Assembly (NCBI GenBank): GCA_951406725.2
Contig: OX597822.1
Location: 72,540,001 to 72,604,000 of the forward strand
DNA length: 64,000 bases
Source: Octopus vulgaris
Taxonomy: Eukaryota
Direction of reading: 5' to 3'
Below the pieces are notes generated by a model. It worked only from the letters and a program-made list of their open reading frames with translations, did no database searches and was not told where the DNA came from. Positions within the stretch are counted from its first letter, which is position 1. Each line of letters opens with the position of its first letter. The position numbers and the translations under genes are program-made. Of the stretch, positions 11,924 to 26,041 are shown in pieces.

Positions 11924-13592
11924 CAGTAGTTTTATTTTTATAACGTGCTTTCACTTCCCTACCGAGCGCAGCTTTGTGTGCCTTGGGTATGTGCTGTGAT
12001 TTGTTGTGATGCCCTGATGGTTACTGTATTGAAAGTGTTCTGCGTAGGATGTGTGCAGTGCCTAGTAGTGCAATTTTCTGTATGTTATATGTGTTTGTAA
12101 GTCCTGGTGTTTTTGTTATGTATTTGTCTGAATAATTTTCTATCATGCCTAATTCACCTACTATGAGAGGAATTGTTTCTGTTTTTAGATTTCACATTCT
12201 AGTTACCTCTATTTCCAGGTCTTTGTATTTTGAAAGTTTCTCCATTTCTTTTAGAGACGTGGTCATCTGCTGGTATTGATACATCAATTAGAAAGCATTT
12301 TTTTCTTCATGATCTCTGAAAACTATATCTGGTCTGTTGGCCTTAATTTCTCTATCTGTGTGTATTGGCATATTGGTTGCTTTCTCGCGTTCTGTGACCT
12401 TCTCTGGTGTGTGCCTATACCATCTTTTTTCTGTTGTTATTCCATAATGTTGGCATAGCTTCCAGTGTATGTAGTTCCCAACTCTGTCGTGTCTGTGAAT
12501 ATATTCCTTCTTAGCCAGGACTGGGCAGCTAGAGATAATATGATTTATTGTTTCTTGTCCATCTCCACATATTCTGCAGTTACTTGTAATATTTCGTTTC
12601 ATTACATGTTTTTGGTAATTTCTGGTGGGGAGGCTTTGGTCTTGTGCTGCAATTAAAAATCCCTCTGTCTCTGCTTTGAGTCCTGAGCTTCTCAACCACT
12701 GCTGGGATTTTTCTTTGTCTATTTCTTTTGCATTTAGTTTAGTCCAGTACTTGCCATGAAGAGGCTTTTCTCGCCATCGTTTTATCATGGTTCGTTGCTG
12801 TTCTAGTTTTAGTTTTGATTTCATTTGCTTTATAGCTTTTGTTATGTCTTCTTCTTCTTCTTCTTCTTCTTCTTCTTCTTCTTCTTCTTCTTCTTCTTCT
12901 TCTTCTTCTTCTTCTTCTTCTTCTTCTTCTTCTTCTTCTTCTTCATATTTGTTAGGTGGAATGATTTCTTGTTTGTATTTGTCAGCTTCCTTAAATACTG
13001 AGAACAATTTTTTGTTTTGCTCGTGTTTTGCCGCTATTTGTATCAGTTTTCCTTGCTTCTGAAGTAGGTATTTTTGCAGTCCTATGGTGGTTATTTTATA
13101 GTAGTTTTCCAGCTTTATAAGGCCTCTACCACCTTCTATACGTTGTATATATAGCCTTTCTATGTCAGATTTTGGGTGATGCATCCTAGAACCTGTCATT
13201 ATTTTTCTTGTTTTCCTATCTATTTTGGTTAGTTCATTTAGCGTGCGTCCAGTTAAGGATATTATACCTGTAACTTATAACTGGGACGGCTAAAGTGTTA
13301 ATACCTATTATCTTGTTTTTAGCATTGAGCTCTGTTTTTTAGTATTGATCTAACTCGTCTATAGTATTCTTTCTTTATTTTCTTTCATTTGTGTGTGTTG
13401 TGTCTTATCTAGTTCATGGATTTGTAAATATTTGTAAGTTTGCTTTGGTCTAATTCTCTTATTTCATTGGTTTTATCTAGTGTGATGTTGCTACTCTTAA
13501 CTAGTTTTCCTCTTTTCATGGTTACTTTGGCGCATTTTTCTAATCCAAATTTCATATCTATTTCTTCGGTGAATCCATGAAACGTCTTTAAT

Positions 13593-13597
<5 letters not shown>
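11924..13597 (-). mobile_element. 5'-truncated Dong/R4-clade non-LTR retrotransposon (RT C-terminus, CCHC knuckle, restriction-like endonuclease), frameshifted
   Basis: Motifs MKFGLEKCAK, ERLY..R.EGGRGL, LHG, AAQDQ, CRIC...ETINHIISSC, RHD, NRPDI and HILRRTL, with stop at 12021-12023. Flanked by (ATT)n, the known Dong target. Confidence 0.88.
12848..12944 (-). repeat. In-frame (GAA)n expansion encoding ~32 Glu inside the LINE ORF
   Basis: (TCT)n on the + strand; poly-E in ORF 12288-13199. Confidence 0.95.
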
Positions 13598-13643
<46 letters not shown>

Positions 13644-15289
13644 GAGTGAGAGCAATGCATGTCATCAAAATGACACTGGCGTAGAATATACGAAGCCCAA
13701 TATACTCATCATGACTACTTGTCTACTCGTACCATCAGGCTTTCCTTAACTAACAAAATCAACTACGTTTATGTGAAAGTGTCACCTACTCAGTCAGTTG
13801 TCACTGTATATAGAGACATAGAGATGACAAATATGGGGCACAATGACATGTTTGACGATACGCAGGATATATATGGAAAACAGCGCCGAAACAAATGAGA
13901 CTCATAAATTTTACAATACCAGTTTTCATTTACTGCTGGGCTTATTTAATTATCGTTGCCAGGGGTACAGTATAATGCGATAAGATAAGGCGAACTACCG
14001 AAAACTTTAGCTAGCTGTTCAGTATCATTAGTAATTTGGTTATCAATAGTTTTCCAAGATTGGGTAAATAATTATGACTCAAAACATGGAATCGAGTCAA
14101 TCGGCTGTATTTTTATATATGTTTTATGGCAGGAAAAGATAAGAAAACACTGCACCCATCACACTTTCCAGAGATATTTAGCATATTTTAAGATCCTGAA
14201 ATTGTAAACATAACTTGAATACTTACAGGAAAGTGAAATCTGCAAATAGAATTGAAGTGTCAAATGTTGGTGTAAAAACAGATCAAAGATTAAATCTAAC
14301 ACCCAAGAGGTTAATGTTTTTCCCACGTTTTACATAAAAATCTTCCTGAAAATACTAGCTGAAGGTGTTGTATAATTATCTTTAATTAAATCAAATCACG
14401 GATATTACAACCTAGGATTACAAAAAAACTTAAAAACAAACACACATACATCAAATATACCTGGTTGGTGTTCTGTGGGTGTCTGCATGTGTGCGCGCGT
14501 GTGTGTGTGTGTGTGTGTGTGCGTGTGTGTGTGTGTGTGTTTGTGTGTGCGTGTTTATGTCTCTGTGTCAGTGTGTGTACAAAACCACTCAGATTTAACG
14601 GCAATATTATACAAAAGATCATCATTTCGTAAAATTAAAGCAACAATCAATAACAATTAATAGAAATGAATGTAAAAACCAGAAAGATAACATAAAATGC
14701 AACGCATGCTGATTCGCAATTCGTTCATGATTAGCGAAGACACGTGAATTATATAATAGATGCATTTTTTCCGGACACAACTAGATTAAGATTTAGTGCT
14801 AAATAAACCTGTATTGAATACATAATTCGAGATAAAAACTAATCCTGGCATTCATTCCTAAGTAATTTTGATGAATGGTCACGAAATATATATTCGATCA
14901 GAGTTGAGTTGTACTATAATTATTCAGTGAAACAGTCGTAATTCTGTAGTTAATACCTATAAAATATTTTTACACGTTTTCTTTATCTATTTTCACATAC
15001 AAAACAGTTATGTATTTGCTTGAAATATACAAATCAGTTGCTTCCGTACTTTCTTTCTTCAATAACTGTATCTATGTGTGTGTATGTGTGTATGTGTGGG
15101 TGCGTGTATCTATCTCTAAGACGTATAAACATATAACAATGCATATAATTATCTATAATACGAAAGAGATGAAATATAGAAATATATGAGCATATAAATT
15201 TATAAATTTACTATGATATATTTATAAATATATATATGTATATATATGTATGCATATATACATAAACATACACACAAAGGCACATACAA

Positions 15290-15341
<52 letters not shown>

Positions 15342-15636
15342 ACATACAAGCATACATACGTATTAGTTTAATGCTACACGCAGTTTGGCGAAAGTAATAA
15401 GTAAGGAAAGGGGCTGAATTAAAAAAAAAAATTGAGAGAATTTTCCTAGATTGTGCCTTTCTTGTAGGTATATTCAATCCACAAAAATTTTTATGTGTGC
15501 ATTTAATTCCGATAATAAGGATTGTAGGCACAGCACTTGATAAGTTAGCTGAATCGCAGAAATACGATGTGCCTCCGTCATGCACCTATACTTCTATATT
15601 GCCTTTCATTTATAAATATGGATCCGTGTGTATCTA

Positions 15637-15692
<56 letters not shown>

Positions 15693-16097
15693 GTATATAT
15701 AAATATATATATATAAGAATATTTTGAATGAGATAAAAAACCAAGGCTGTGTAGATATTAGAACATTTATAGATAGAAGGTCTTAAGCTGTTTCCAGATA
15801 TTTATTAATTATATACCTTTAGCGAAGACGGTGAGAGGATGGTTAAGTAATAGTTAATTTAAACAGGATACAAATAGTGAGGTGGAGGAAAGAAAACAGA
15901 TGTGAGATATGTGGGGGTATATTGAATTTGTAGATCCATTTTTTAGGCAGAAGGGTACATTTGTAAGATTCCAATACCTTATCAGTAAAATCCAAACAGA
16001 ATTTGAAATGGGTCATTCCAGGTATAGAGTTTATACATAGTTTTGCACGGTCAAAGGTTTTTATTTATACATATTTTATTTTATATTTTATTTATAT

Positions 16098-16142
<45 letters not shown>

Positions 16143-17024
16143 CATGTGTGTGTGCCTGCACACGTGTATATTTAGGCATCATGTATAATTTCAGTTTGCC
16201 TACATAATATAAGACTTCAAACATTAATTCATCGCGCATACAGACGAAGTTTTCAACACGTTGCCAAGGCTAATCTCACTATCCGCCCTATATCTCTGCA
16301 GCTTCGTACTTTACTGTTTTAGGAATGCAATTCTATTAGTACTAAAGATACTTCTTATAGCTGTTTAATTTTAATTAATTAAAATAATTGTTTCTTGCGA
16401 ACTTAAGGTAACCAGTATTTAACTAGATGTTTCGCTTATGTAAACACGAGAAGTTTCGTATAAACGTTCGAAAAGGAATAAATATTTTATGTGTATATAT
16501 GTATATATATAAATATAAATCTGTGTGTGTATGTGTGTTTGCGTGCGTGTGTTTGTGTGTTTTTGCAAAATCTTAACTTCAGTATTAATTGTTGTCGAAT
16601 ATCTTTTTGTATTATCATTTAGATCTCAACATTTATTCGGCTTAAAATGTCGTTGTCTTCTGTCTATTATCCCTCGCTGGACCAAAATGTCACGCTTTTC
16701 CTTAACATCCTTTTTACGCTTTATCGAAATTATTTGTCACTGCACTTCCTCAGTAATGTGGTCTGTGCTTCCTTATTACTTTCAAACACACGCATACGCC
16801 CAAACTACAACACAACAAATGCACTGACACACACATACACACACATACATGTTAAAATACACACATATATGCCTTCTCTCCTCTTTCTCTTCCCTTCTCT
16901 TTCTACCAAATCTCATGATCTTACTGATCCTGTAAAAACATTTGCTAATGCTCGTACATGGATATCACCATCTACCAATCCTTTTCGTCTTCGAATATTC
17001 ATTAATTAATATCGAAAGGAAAAA

Positions 17025-17245
17025 AAGCGGTGAGCTGACAGAGTCGTTCCTTAGCACGCGGAACAAAAATATTCAGCGGAATTTCATCTGTTTCCGTTCC
17101 GAGTTCGAATTCCGCCGAGGTCAACTTTGCCTTTCATCCCTCTTAATGGCGATGAAATAAGCATCAGATGAGCACAGGTATCGATTTAAGCAATTTGCTC
17201 TCTTCCTCGAAATTGATGGCCTTGTCCTAATATTTGAAACCAGTA
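17025..17245 (+). mobile_element. SINE family B (Nin/Deu-domain-like)
   Basis: GCGGTGAGCTG head, B-box-like GAGTTCGAATTCC and GCCTTTCATCC domain. Confidence 0.75.
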
Positions 17246-18674
17246 TTGAAGGGAATAAAGGAGGTCTACGGGACTTCATCTGCTAGAAATAACAGCCGAT
17301 ATTCCTTTATCTCATACCCCATTGCTTTAAGAATATATATTCTATAAGATACTATTAAACACCTCATATTCAAGCAAAAGACATAGTATACAAGGGAGAT
17401 TTTTCTTAATCAGTGATGCTTAGTCACCATCGTCAGTAATTGCAATGAATACAGTTAAAATGTCAGTTATGCGACTGGGGGTGGGGTGAAGAAAATTCTC
17501 TTTTCTTGATTGGTTCTCTAACCATGAATGAAAATTTCAGTGAGGAAATATATTGAACTATAAGGTATTGCTTTTCTTAACATTTTCAACCTTTAAGTGA
17601 ATTAACTTCCGCTTGATACATGATTAAATTGTTCTCTTTAAAGTCGAGACATTATATTTTATTAGAAGAGGTTTCTTTAACAACTTATGGAAGTACCTAT
17701 TTGGTGGTATCTTTTCAGTTGGTGTGATTACTGCATGGACATTAAATCTCATTTAAAGCCGAAGCGTTGCTATTTTTATTAAGATCGTTGATATATCAAA
17801 ATAACTGTCAGCCAATTGAAAATCGATTGTTAGTGCGAGAAGATTAGGAAGAATTACTTACCTTTCGACTATTCTGAAATTTTATTTCAATTTCTTTTGT
17901 TTCCATAAATTTTAGTGACTCGGACTTTCAGTAATGCTACTACAATTAGAGGATAAAATTATGTGTCATCTGTACGCAATGATGACAACATACTGATATT
18001 TATTCTGTCTCCCACAATCAACTCTATAATGAATCCGTCTGTAACTATAATACCTATTCAAGTCCGTTGTTCACTCCTTGACGATGTTAGATATTCAACC
18101 ATTTGTCTGAAAATTGACTTCGTCAGAATCGAAAAGGTTATCATTATAATACGGATCATCATTTTTCAATAAAACTGCTTAAACCAAAGTCAGGCATTGA
18201 AAGACGTATATTCTTCAAACTTGCATTGATATAAAGATTTAATATATTGGAATCAGTTATTTCGAGACATTTATTTGTCACTAAATTATTTTAATATTAT
18301 CTATCGTTATTTACACGGTGAACAGCGCAATTCGAAACGATGACTTGCGTACTTATCTTTAATAATTTCGGCAGATTACAACGTGAATGTGCTAATCGCT
18401 CTTGTTTTCTTCAAGGGAGGATAGCTTCTCTCTAACGACCACTATGAGTTCACAGTACAATCGATTCATTAGTACAAGGGATTCTAGGACACCGATGTTT
18501 CTACACGCTGTGCCCCGTCAACATGAAGTATTTGGATCAATGAAAATAAGAATCGATAGCCTTGATTATAATCTTAAGCAAACAAACTTTTCGCTGAAAC
18601 ATGCTGATATTTTTCCGACCGAAATCGTTATCTGCACGGTAAACAGCGAGGTCTTAATATTAGGAAACTCGAAG

Positions 18675-19095
18675 ACGATGAGCTGGCTGACTCGTTAGCG
18701 TGACGGGCAAAAGGCTCAGCGGCATTTCGTCCATCTTTATGTTCTATGTCCAAATGCCTTCGAGGTCGACTTTGCCTTTCATCCATTTTGGGGTCCATAA
18801 CATGAGTGCTTCTTGAGCACTGGACTCGATGTAATCGATTTACTTAACTCCTCTCCGAAAATTTTGGCATTGTGCCAAAATTTGAAATCAATATTAGAAT
18901 ATTCGAAGACAGTGAATTGGCAGAAACATTAACTGCTCCGGAAAAAAATTGGTTAGCGGCATTTCTTCGGACTTTACGCTCCACGTTCATATATTGACAG
19001 GGTCGACTTCGGAGTCGATAAAATAAGTACCAGTCGATGAAAGGGATTTCCCTACTCCCCCGAAATTGCTGGCCTTGTACCAAAATTTGAAACTA
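18675..19095 (+). mobile_element. Two adjacent SINE family B copies
   Basis: GAGCTGG head, GGTCGACTTTGCCTTTCATCC and the GCCAAAATTTGAAA tail each recur. Confidence 0.75.
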
Positions 19096-19106
19096 ATATT
19101 CAGATA

Positions 19107-19276
19107 CATTATTTACATTTGACGGATATTTGTCCTCATCTTGTCTGTTGTTAATACACCGTTTCGGCTGATATACCCTCCAGCCGAAACGTTGCGTTAA
19201 CAACAAACATGATGAGGACAAATATCCGTCAAATGTAAATATGTACATAATTCCTCATCTCTTAAATATAGATCTG
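19107..19276 (+). mobile_element. Mini PLE insertion: fold-back pseudo-LTR with 3' tail and 13-bp TSD
   Basis: Inverted arms around GGCTG-ATATACCCTC-CAGCC-GAAACG, plus an unpaired ~31-nt tail. TAATATTCAGATA is duplicated at 19094-19106 and 19277-19289. Confidence 0.8.
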
Positions 19277-19834
19277 TAATATTCAGATATACAAAAAGAA
19301 GCACCTTATGAAATCTGTCTTGGTTCATAAAGAACATCTGCGTGGCAAGCGGACGCTAATGTCAGTGGACGAGCATTACCCGTCACAAAGCACTAATAAT
19401 CCTTTCTACTACAGGCACAAAGCCTGAAATTTTGTGGGAGGAGACAAGTTGACTACATCGACCCCATTGTTTCGCTGGTACTTAATGTATAGACCCCGAA
19501 AAGATAAAAGGCAAAGTCGACCACGGCAAAATTTGAACCCAGAATGTAACAAACCACTAATAATACGATACTTCATCACGGCACGATGCATGACCGACTA
19601 CATAAAGCTAAAAAGACGACACTGCAGGTGGAAATAATTATCTGAGTCTGAACAGGTGTGTGAACATGAACGCACGAGTCGCAGAGAAACTTTCAACTCT
19701 CCAAATCTATCGATTCAAACATGCAGGTGGGCCTGTACAACATCGAATAAAAAATATGACTATTGCTTGTTAGTGAGTCCGAAAGAGGCTTCTGTGTTAA
19801 AAAGCAATACATATGTCTAAATTGTCATTATTAT

Positions 19835-20075
19835 GTGTCATCTGCTCTCAACAGATTGAATATTATGGTTCTCCATCCGGGCCTTTTCTTTGCCATTCTG
19901 ACACATTCACCATATGATAGATTTGGCCAGTCCTTGGTGTTATCAATCAAGTTCTAGATATTGTTTTGGAGCATCTGCCATTTAGAGTAACACTCGAATG
20001 AAAGGTAAATGGTAAACGCCATGTTATATCCAGTTTTCTTAATATGTGACCAAAGTATTTTAGGCCTCTTTTATA
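19835..20075 (-). pseudogene. RTE-clade LINE 3' end remnant
   Basis: KRGLKYFGHILRK ... VRMAKKRPGWRTI peptides typical of RTE C-termini. Confidence 0.55.
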
Positions 20076-20748
20076 TGTGTTCAGAGGTAAGACACACACA
20101 ATAACAGGAAAATATGGTTCAGATATCACAGCTAAGATGGGAAGATAGAATAGAAAAATTCCTTTTTGCACCAGAAGTTTTGTATGTGACCATGATTTTC
20201 AACATCAATCCTATTTAATCGTAACAGTGAAACCAACAAAAGAACTGTGGAAAACATTTGGTAAACATCAATAACGAACTTCATATCTGTGGAATGTGAG
20301 ATCACAATAACCAAAACAACAATCTGCATCCTAACAAGCAGCAAGTCAATCGAACCCGATTGGATTCTGGCTGAGATATGTTCACATTTTAACTCAGGAA
20401 TGAAACACGAGAAGCAAGACGCCATACTCTTGATATGAGAATAGCTAACAGCTGACCTCAGACGTACAAATACTGTTGACCATTTGCAGGAAGAAGACAA
20501 ATCAGTTACTGAAAACTACCGAAGGATTTATATTTATCGGGTCTTGGAAACGTTCTGGTTTTACAATAATATATATGCCACTCATTCAAACCCACACTCA
20601 AGTGCTCACACAAATACACACATACCCACATATACACACACATACATGTACACTAGCATAGAGACACGACAACAAAGAGAAGTATAAGCATATGTACTTA
20701 GGATTGGATGTGTGTGTGTGCGTATATATATCTATCTATACATACATG

Positions 20749-20790
<42 letters not shown>

Positions 20791-20890
20791 TGTTCATATA
20801 TTGGCATATATACGCACATACTCTCACACACATATACACATGCATATACATACATTCATATATATATATATGTATATCTATATCTATTTA

Positions 20891-21013
<123 letters not shown>

Positions 21014-21949
21014 CTACAAATACACATAACCTTGGATGAGATTGTTATCACAAATATCTATCTTTGATATTTTGTCCTATGCAGTAACAAAATGAGGGAG
21101 AGGAAAATATTGTCAATACGTCTGTTTTTAGTGGAGTAAGCAATATGAAGTCTCTAAAAATCGATACAATCCCTTTTTTAATGTAACAGTTTAGGATATT
21201 AACATAGTTGGTGTGTTATCAATGTTGCAATAAAGATTGGTGAGATTTATCATAAGAGATCGTGTTACATAAATTTTACAATATTCAATGTAAAGCTTTT
21301 CGGCTAATATCTCTAATCTTTAACCAACGCCATTACGTGACTTGTTAAATGGAGATTGACAAGATGGAAAGCAAAATCATTCTGAGATTGTAATCTCGTC
21401 GTAGTCAGAATAAGAAAAAAAAACAACACATAATAAAAAAAAACAGTGTTATAAAGATATAAATGTACTTACATATATTAAATATTTCCAATATCTTTCT
21501 ATAACGGAAGAATAAAGTAAATCTATATTCTACTTATAAAATATATGAACGCCCTGTGTAAATACCAATCATTAAATTTTAATAGACACAGTCAAAGCAT
21601 GATGAGACCAGATTACGTCTGAAAGTATTCATTAGGTTGGTGGGGGTTAGACAGTTTATTGAACCAAGACCTTGAATTATCTCTCACTATAATATTTAAT
21701 ATTTCGTGCTGCACACCTATGTCTGTGATGTGTCATACACAATGAATGCCAGAATAATTCTTTTACGAGTAATGTGGGTAATCTGAGTGAGTAAATTTAA
21801 TGAGTTTGTCAAAGATATTAGTGGATCTTACAAGTTTATATTTGTGCACATCTCTGCTTAGCATTTCTAATCCTTATGTTGATTAGAATATAAGAAGAGA
21901 GAGATGTAGTCTCCCGTTGTCAGTTCGTAGTAGTTCCCTTTCCAATGCT

Positions 21950-21992
21950 TGTGCTGAAAATGAGTTAACTGCTCCGAAACGCATGCATCCAT
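21950..21992 (+). ncRNA. Degenerate hammerhead motif, probably inactive
   Basis: CTGAAAA-tGAG...CTCC-GAAAC-GCAT-GCA, with core and triplet mutated. Confidence 0.35.
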
Positions 21993-22779
21993 CAATCTGA
22001 GTAGGGAGTGCCTCGAACTGACTTCCTGTATTTACACAGATTTATTTACTGCAAGAATTGTTCTCCATTACAAATAACATTGGATCACATTCCCACAGAT
22101 TCAAATACGTGTGAAGCATATCTGTATAGGTAACTAATTATAGTTGTAGTTTGAGTAATCAACAATACTAACGTTTACTATGAGAGGAGTGACTATTGTA
22201 TCAACATTGAAAAAGAATGTATTATATATTTTCATTTCTGTGAGTGCTGTGGATGTTAATTCTGTTCTGATTCCGAGTCCCACTTTTCAGTAATTATTTC
22301 GCTTTCAGAAATCCACAATGGTGATACTTGGCTGGGTTCAGTCTTGATGGAGCAAACTTATAAAAGAGTGCATTCTCTCAGAGGCTATGTCGTCTTTTTC
22401 TTTTGTTACATTTAGAACTGCATTGGATATGACCTTCCATTTTTAAGTGCATTCTAAGAGAGCGTGCGATTGCATAGTGTCTCTCTTGCTGACTCGTAAA
22501 AAGTCAATTTTCAAAAAGAGATACAAAGTAGTTTCAAATATTGGGCACAAAACCATCAATTTTAGGAGAAGGGTTAACTCGACTACAATGTTCAATTGGT
22601 ACTTATTTTATCGACCCTGAAAAGCTGAAAGGCAAAACCGGCATCGATGGAATTTGAATTCAAATTGTAAAGAACGAGAAGAAATAGCACTAAGCACTTT
22701 TCCGTCGAACTAATATTTTTGCCTAAATAAAATGTTAGATTTATTGTATTGCATCTACAGTTGTGAAATGGAATATTAG

Positions 22780-23392
22780 CTTCAAATTTTGACACAAGGC
22801 CAGCAATTTCGGAGGAGGAGGGTAAGTCGATTGCATCTACCCCGGTATTTAACGCGTACTTATTTTATGAGCCCCAAGAGGATGAAAGGCAAAGTTGATC
22901 TTGACGGAATTTAAGCTCAGAACATGAAGACGGACGAAATGCCGCTAGACATTTTGTTCGGCGTGCTAACGATTCTTATTTCTTTACTGCCCAGAAGGGG
23001 CTACACACAGAGGGGACAAACAAGGACAGACAAACGGATTAAGTCGATTATATCGACCCCAGTGCGTAACTGGTATTTATTTAATCGACCCCGAAAGGAT
23101 GAAAGGCAAAGTCGACCTCGGCGGAATTTGAACTCAGAACGTAGTGACAGACGAAATACCTTTTTTTTTTACTACCCACAAGGGGCTAAACACAGAGGGT
23201 ACAAACAAAGACAGGCAATCGGATTAAGTCGATTATATTGATCCCAGTGCGTAACTGGTACTTATTTAATCGACCCCTAAAGGATGAAAGGCAAAGTCGA
23301 CCTCGGCGGAATTTGAACTCAGAACGTAGCGGCAGACGAAATACCGCTAAGTATTTTGCCCGGCGTGCTAACGTTTCTGTCGTTTCGCCACC
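22780..23392 (-). mobile_element. SINE family B nested trimer (two young-tail units on an old-tail unit)
   Basis: Junctions tail|GGTATTTCG at ~23160 and tail|AGAATCG at ~22976. Confidence 0.85.
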
Positions 23393-24493
23393 TTTGTGAA
23401 AATCAACAAGAACAATTTTTTATCTCAGAAACAATTACTGAGACAAAACTACATTCTGGCAAACAGTCTACTTATTAGTTCACCCGTTAATGATTTTAAA
23501 ATATGAATAAAATTACGTATTGAAAAAATTCGTTCCAACTCAATTTTAACATAGGATTTTAGGAATAGAAAGGAGGACGCTTTCTAAAAATATAAATGAT
23601 ATATTTGGTCTGGTAAAGTGTATGGCATTAAATCAGATTAAAACAAGAAACGGATTTATGGGAGAAGGCATAATAAAGTGCTAGGTAGGAAAATTCAATT
23701 TATTTGGACAGTTTATCACAGAGAATAATCTCAATATGGAATGTAAGGATCCACAGAACCTAATGGATTCTGTGATATTTTAACCAGAATTAAAAGTGTG
23801 AAACCATTGGATGGGAGTTACATATAATATGTTCATACACAATACAGACAAAAAAGATATATAATTCTAAACAAATCTGTCAGATAATTTATAGTGAATG
23901 AATCTAAAAGGTAGTGTTGATTCAACCGCACGAAAGAGTGGATGGAGAAGAATGTAACAAGCTAGATCAATGCAACGTAGTTTGAAAAAAAATATTATAA
24001 TGACTTTCGTCAAAGGACTTAATGTGGCTCCAAAAAAATAAACGAAACCAATAGCAAATAGTTTTCTTGTTCAAATGAATAGCTGGTTATCTATTATAAT
24101 TTTCTTCCTGGTTTTCTCTTCTTTAACCTATTAACCAAAGTTATTTTATCGGCGCTATGTTGATATCTTTTGTTTTTCCCTTCTTAACATCTTTAATAAA
24201 TGATGAGTAGAGAAGACTTACTCGAGATCGGGTTTTTATAACGTTCTAAAAACTAAATCATTTACATATGGTAATATAGTTTAAAGAAGAGACATACGTA
24301 CATATATACATATACACATACACACGTTCTCAAAGGTAGTCCTTTCTAAATGTCTCATGCCCTGTCTCTTTCTCGTGCATTTCCCCTCTTACCGAGATAC
24401 ACAGATCTATACTCACGAACACATACATACAGATATACATACATATGTGCATGCATAGCAATATATATGTATGTACATACATACACACATGTA

Positions 24494-24536
<43 letters not shown>

Positions 24537-25007
24537 TATATATGTATATGCATATATATACATATGTATATACAGATATACACACACACATATATATATA
24601 TATATATATGTATATACATACAAATATATACATGAATGCTTACACATTCTAGCATGTGTACATGTACATGGATGCGCGCGGTGTACTGATTATGGTGAAG
24701 CACTCATGATCACAAGTTTGCGGTTTCGAATGGTGGGCCGAGCAATGCATTCAGTCACTGAGCAAAGCACTTCATTTCATATTGTACCAGTTCCCTCAGC
24801 TAGCAAAAATGAGTAACCCTAAGACGGACGTATGTCTCGATTTCCAGATTCCGGGAAACCATCCTTACGTCCCTTTCCAAACCACATGGCTCCATGTTCA
24901 GTCCCACTTTGTGAAGCCTAGGGCAAGTGTGTTATACTATAGCCCCGGGCTGACCAAGGCCTTGTGAGTGGATTTGGTAGATGGAAACTGAAAGAAAGCC
25001 ATCGTAT

Positions 25008-25063
<56 letters not shown>

Positions 25064-25188
25064 ATGTATATGTATATATATATATATATAACGGGAAGCT
25101 TTATGAAAATAAACAAAAGACGAAGGCAGGTGGAAAACAAACGAACAATTGTATTAGTATGGCGCTCAGGAAATATAAATAAAACAAG

Positions 25189-25226
25189 TCTTTAACGTTT
25201 CGAGCCTACGCTCTTCAACAGAAAGA
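25189..25226 (-). ncRNA. Minimal hammerhead with variant core CUGUUGA
   Basis: UCUUU-CUGUUGA-A-GAGC-GUAG-GCUC-GAA-ACGU-U-AAAGA; 5-bp stem I. Confidence 0.6.
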
Positions 25227-26041
25227 TACACAGAGAGAGAAAAACACAGAAAGAAGGAGAGAAAAAAATGCGTGCAGTAGCTAACGAATCAACATGGCGA
25301 TCTGATTTCGGCCAGAGGTCAAAGATCAAACATGAGACGCGAGAGCGAAATAAGGGGAGATAATAGGGTTGATAAAAGGGTTGAGGGACCAGCTAAAAGT
25401 GCGTGGGAGGGGTCTGGATGTGTGTATGTATAGGGTTGGTGTATGTATTAGTATGTATAAGGGTGTGTGTGTGTGTGTATGAGAGAGTATTAGTGCGTAA
25501 GATTGGTCTGGACGTGCGTATGTATGGGGTTGGTGTATGTATTAGTATGTATTAGTATGTATTAGTACGTATTGGTATGTATAGGTGTGTGTGTGTGTGT
25601 GTGAGAGAGTATAAGTGCGTATGCGGGGTCTGGACGTGTGTATGTATAGGGTTGGTGTAAGTATTAGTATGTACTGGTATGTATTAGTACGTATTAGTAT
25701 GTATTAGTTGGTGTGTGTATTAGTATGGCACATCATATGTGATGTGATGTGTAAAGTCATGTGGTGTAGTGAGGAGAAGAGGGGGAGGGGAGAAGAGGGG
25801 GAGAGAAGGCGAGGGGAAGAAGAGGGGGAGGAGAAGGGGGAAGAGGAGAGGATGGGGGAGAAGGAAGGGGAGGAGGGGGATGAAGGAGGAAAGAGGGAGA
25901 GAGGGAGTGAGGGAGCAGAGGGAAGGGGAAGAGGGAGGGAGAAAGAGGGAAGAAGGGAAGGGGAGTAGGGGTGAAAGGATGAAGGACTGTAGAAGTAGGG
26001 GTCGGGGGGAGAAAGGATAGGTGAGGAGGGGGGAGAGGGGG

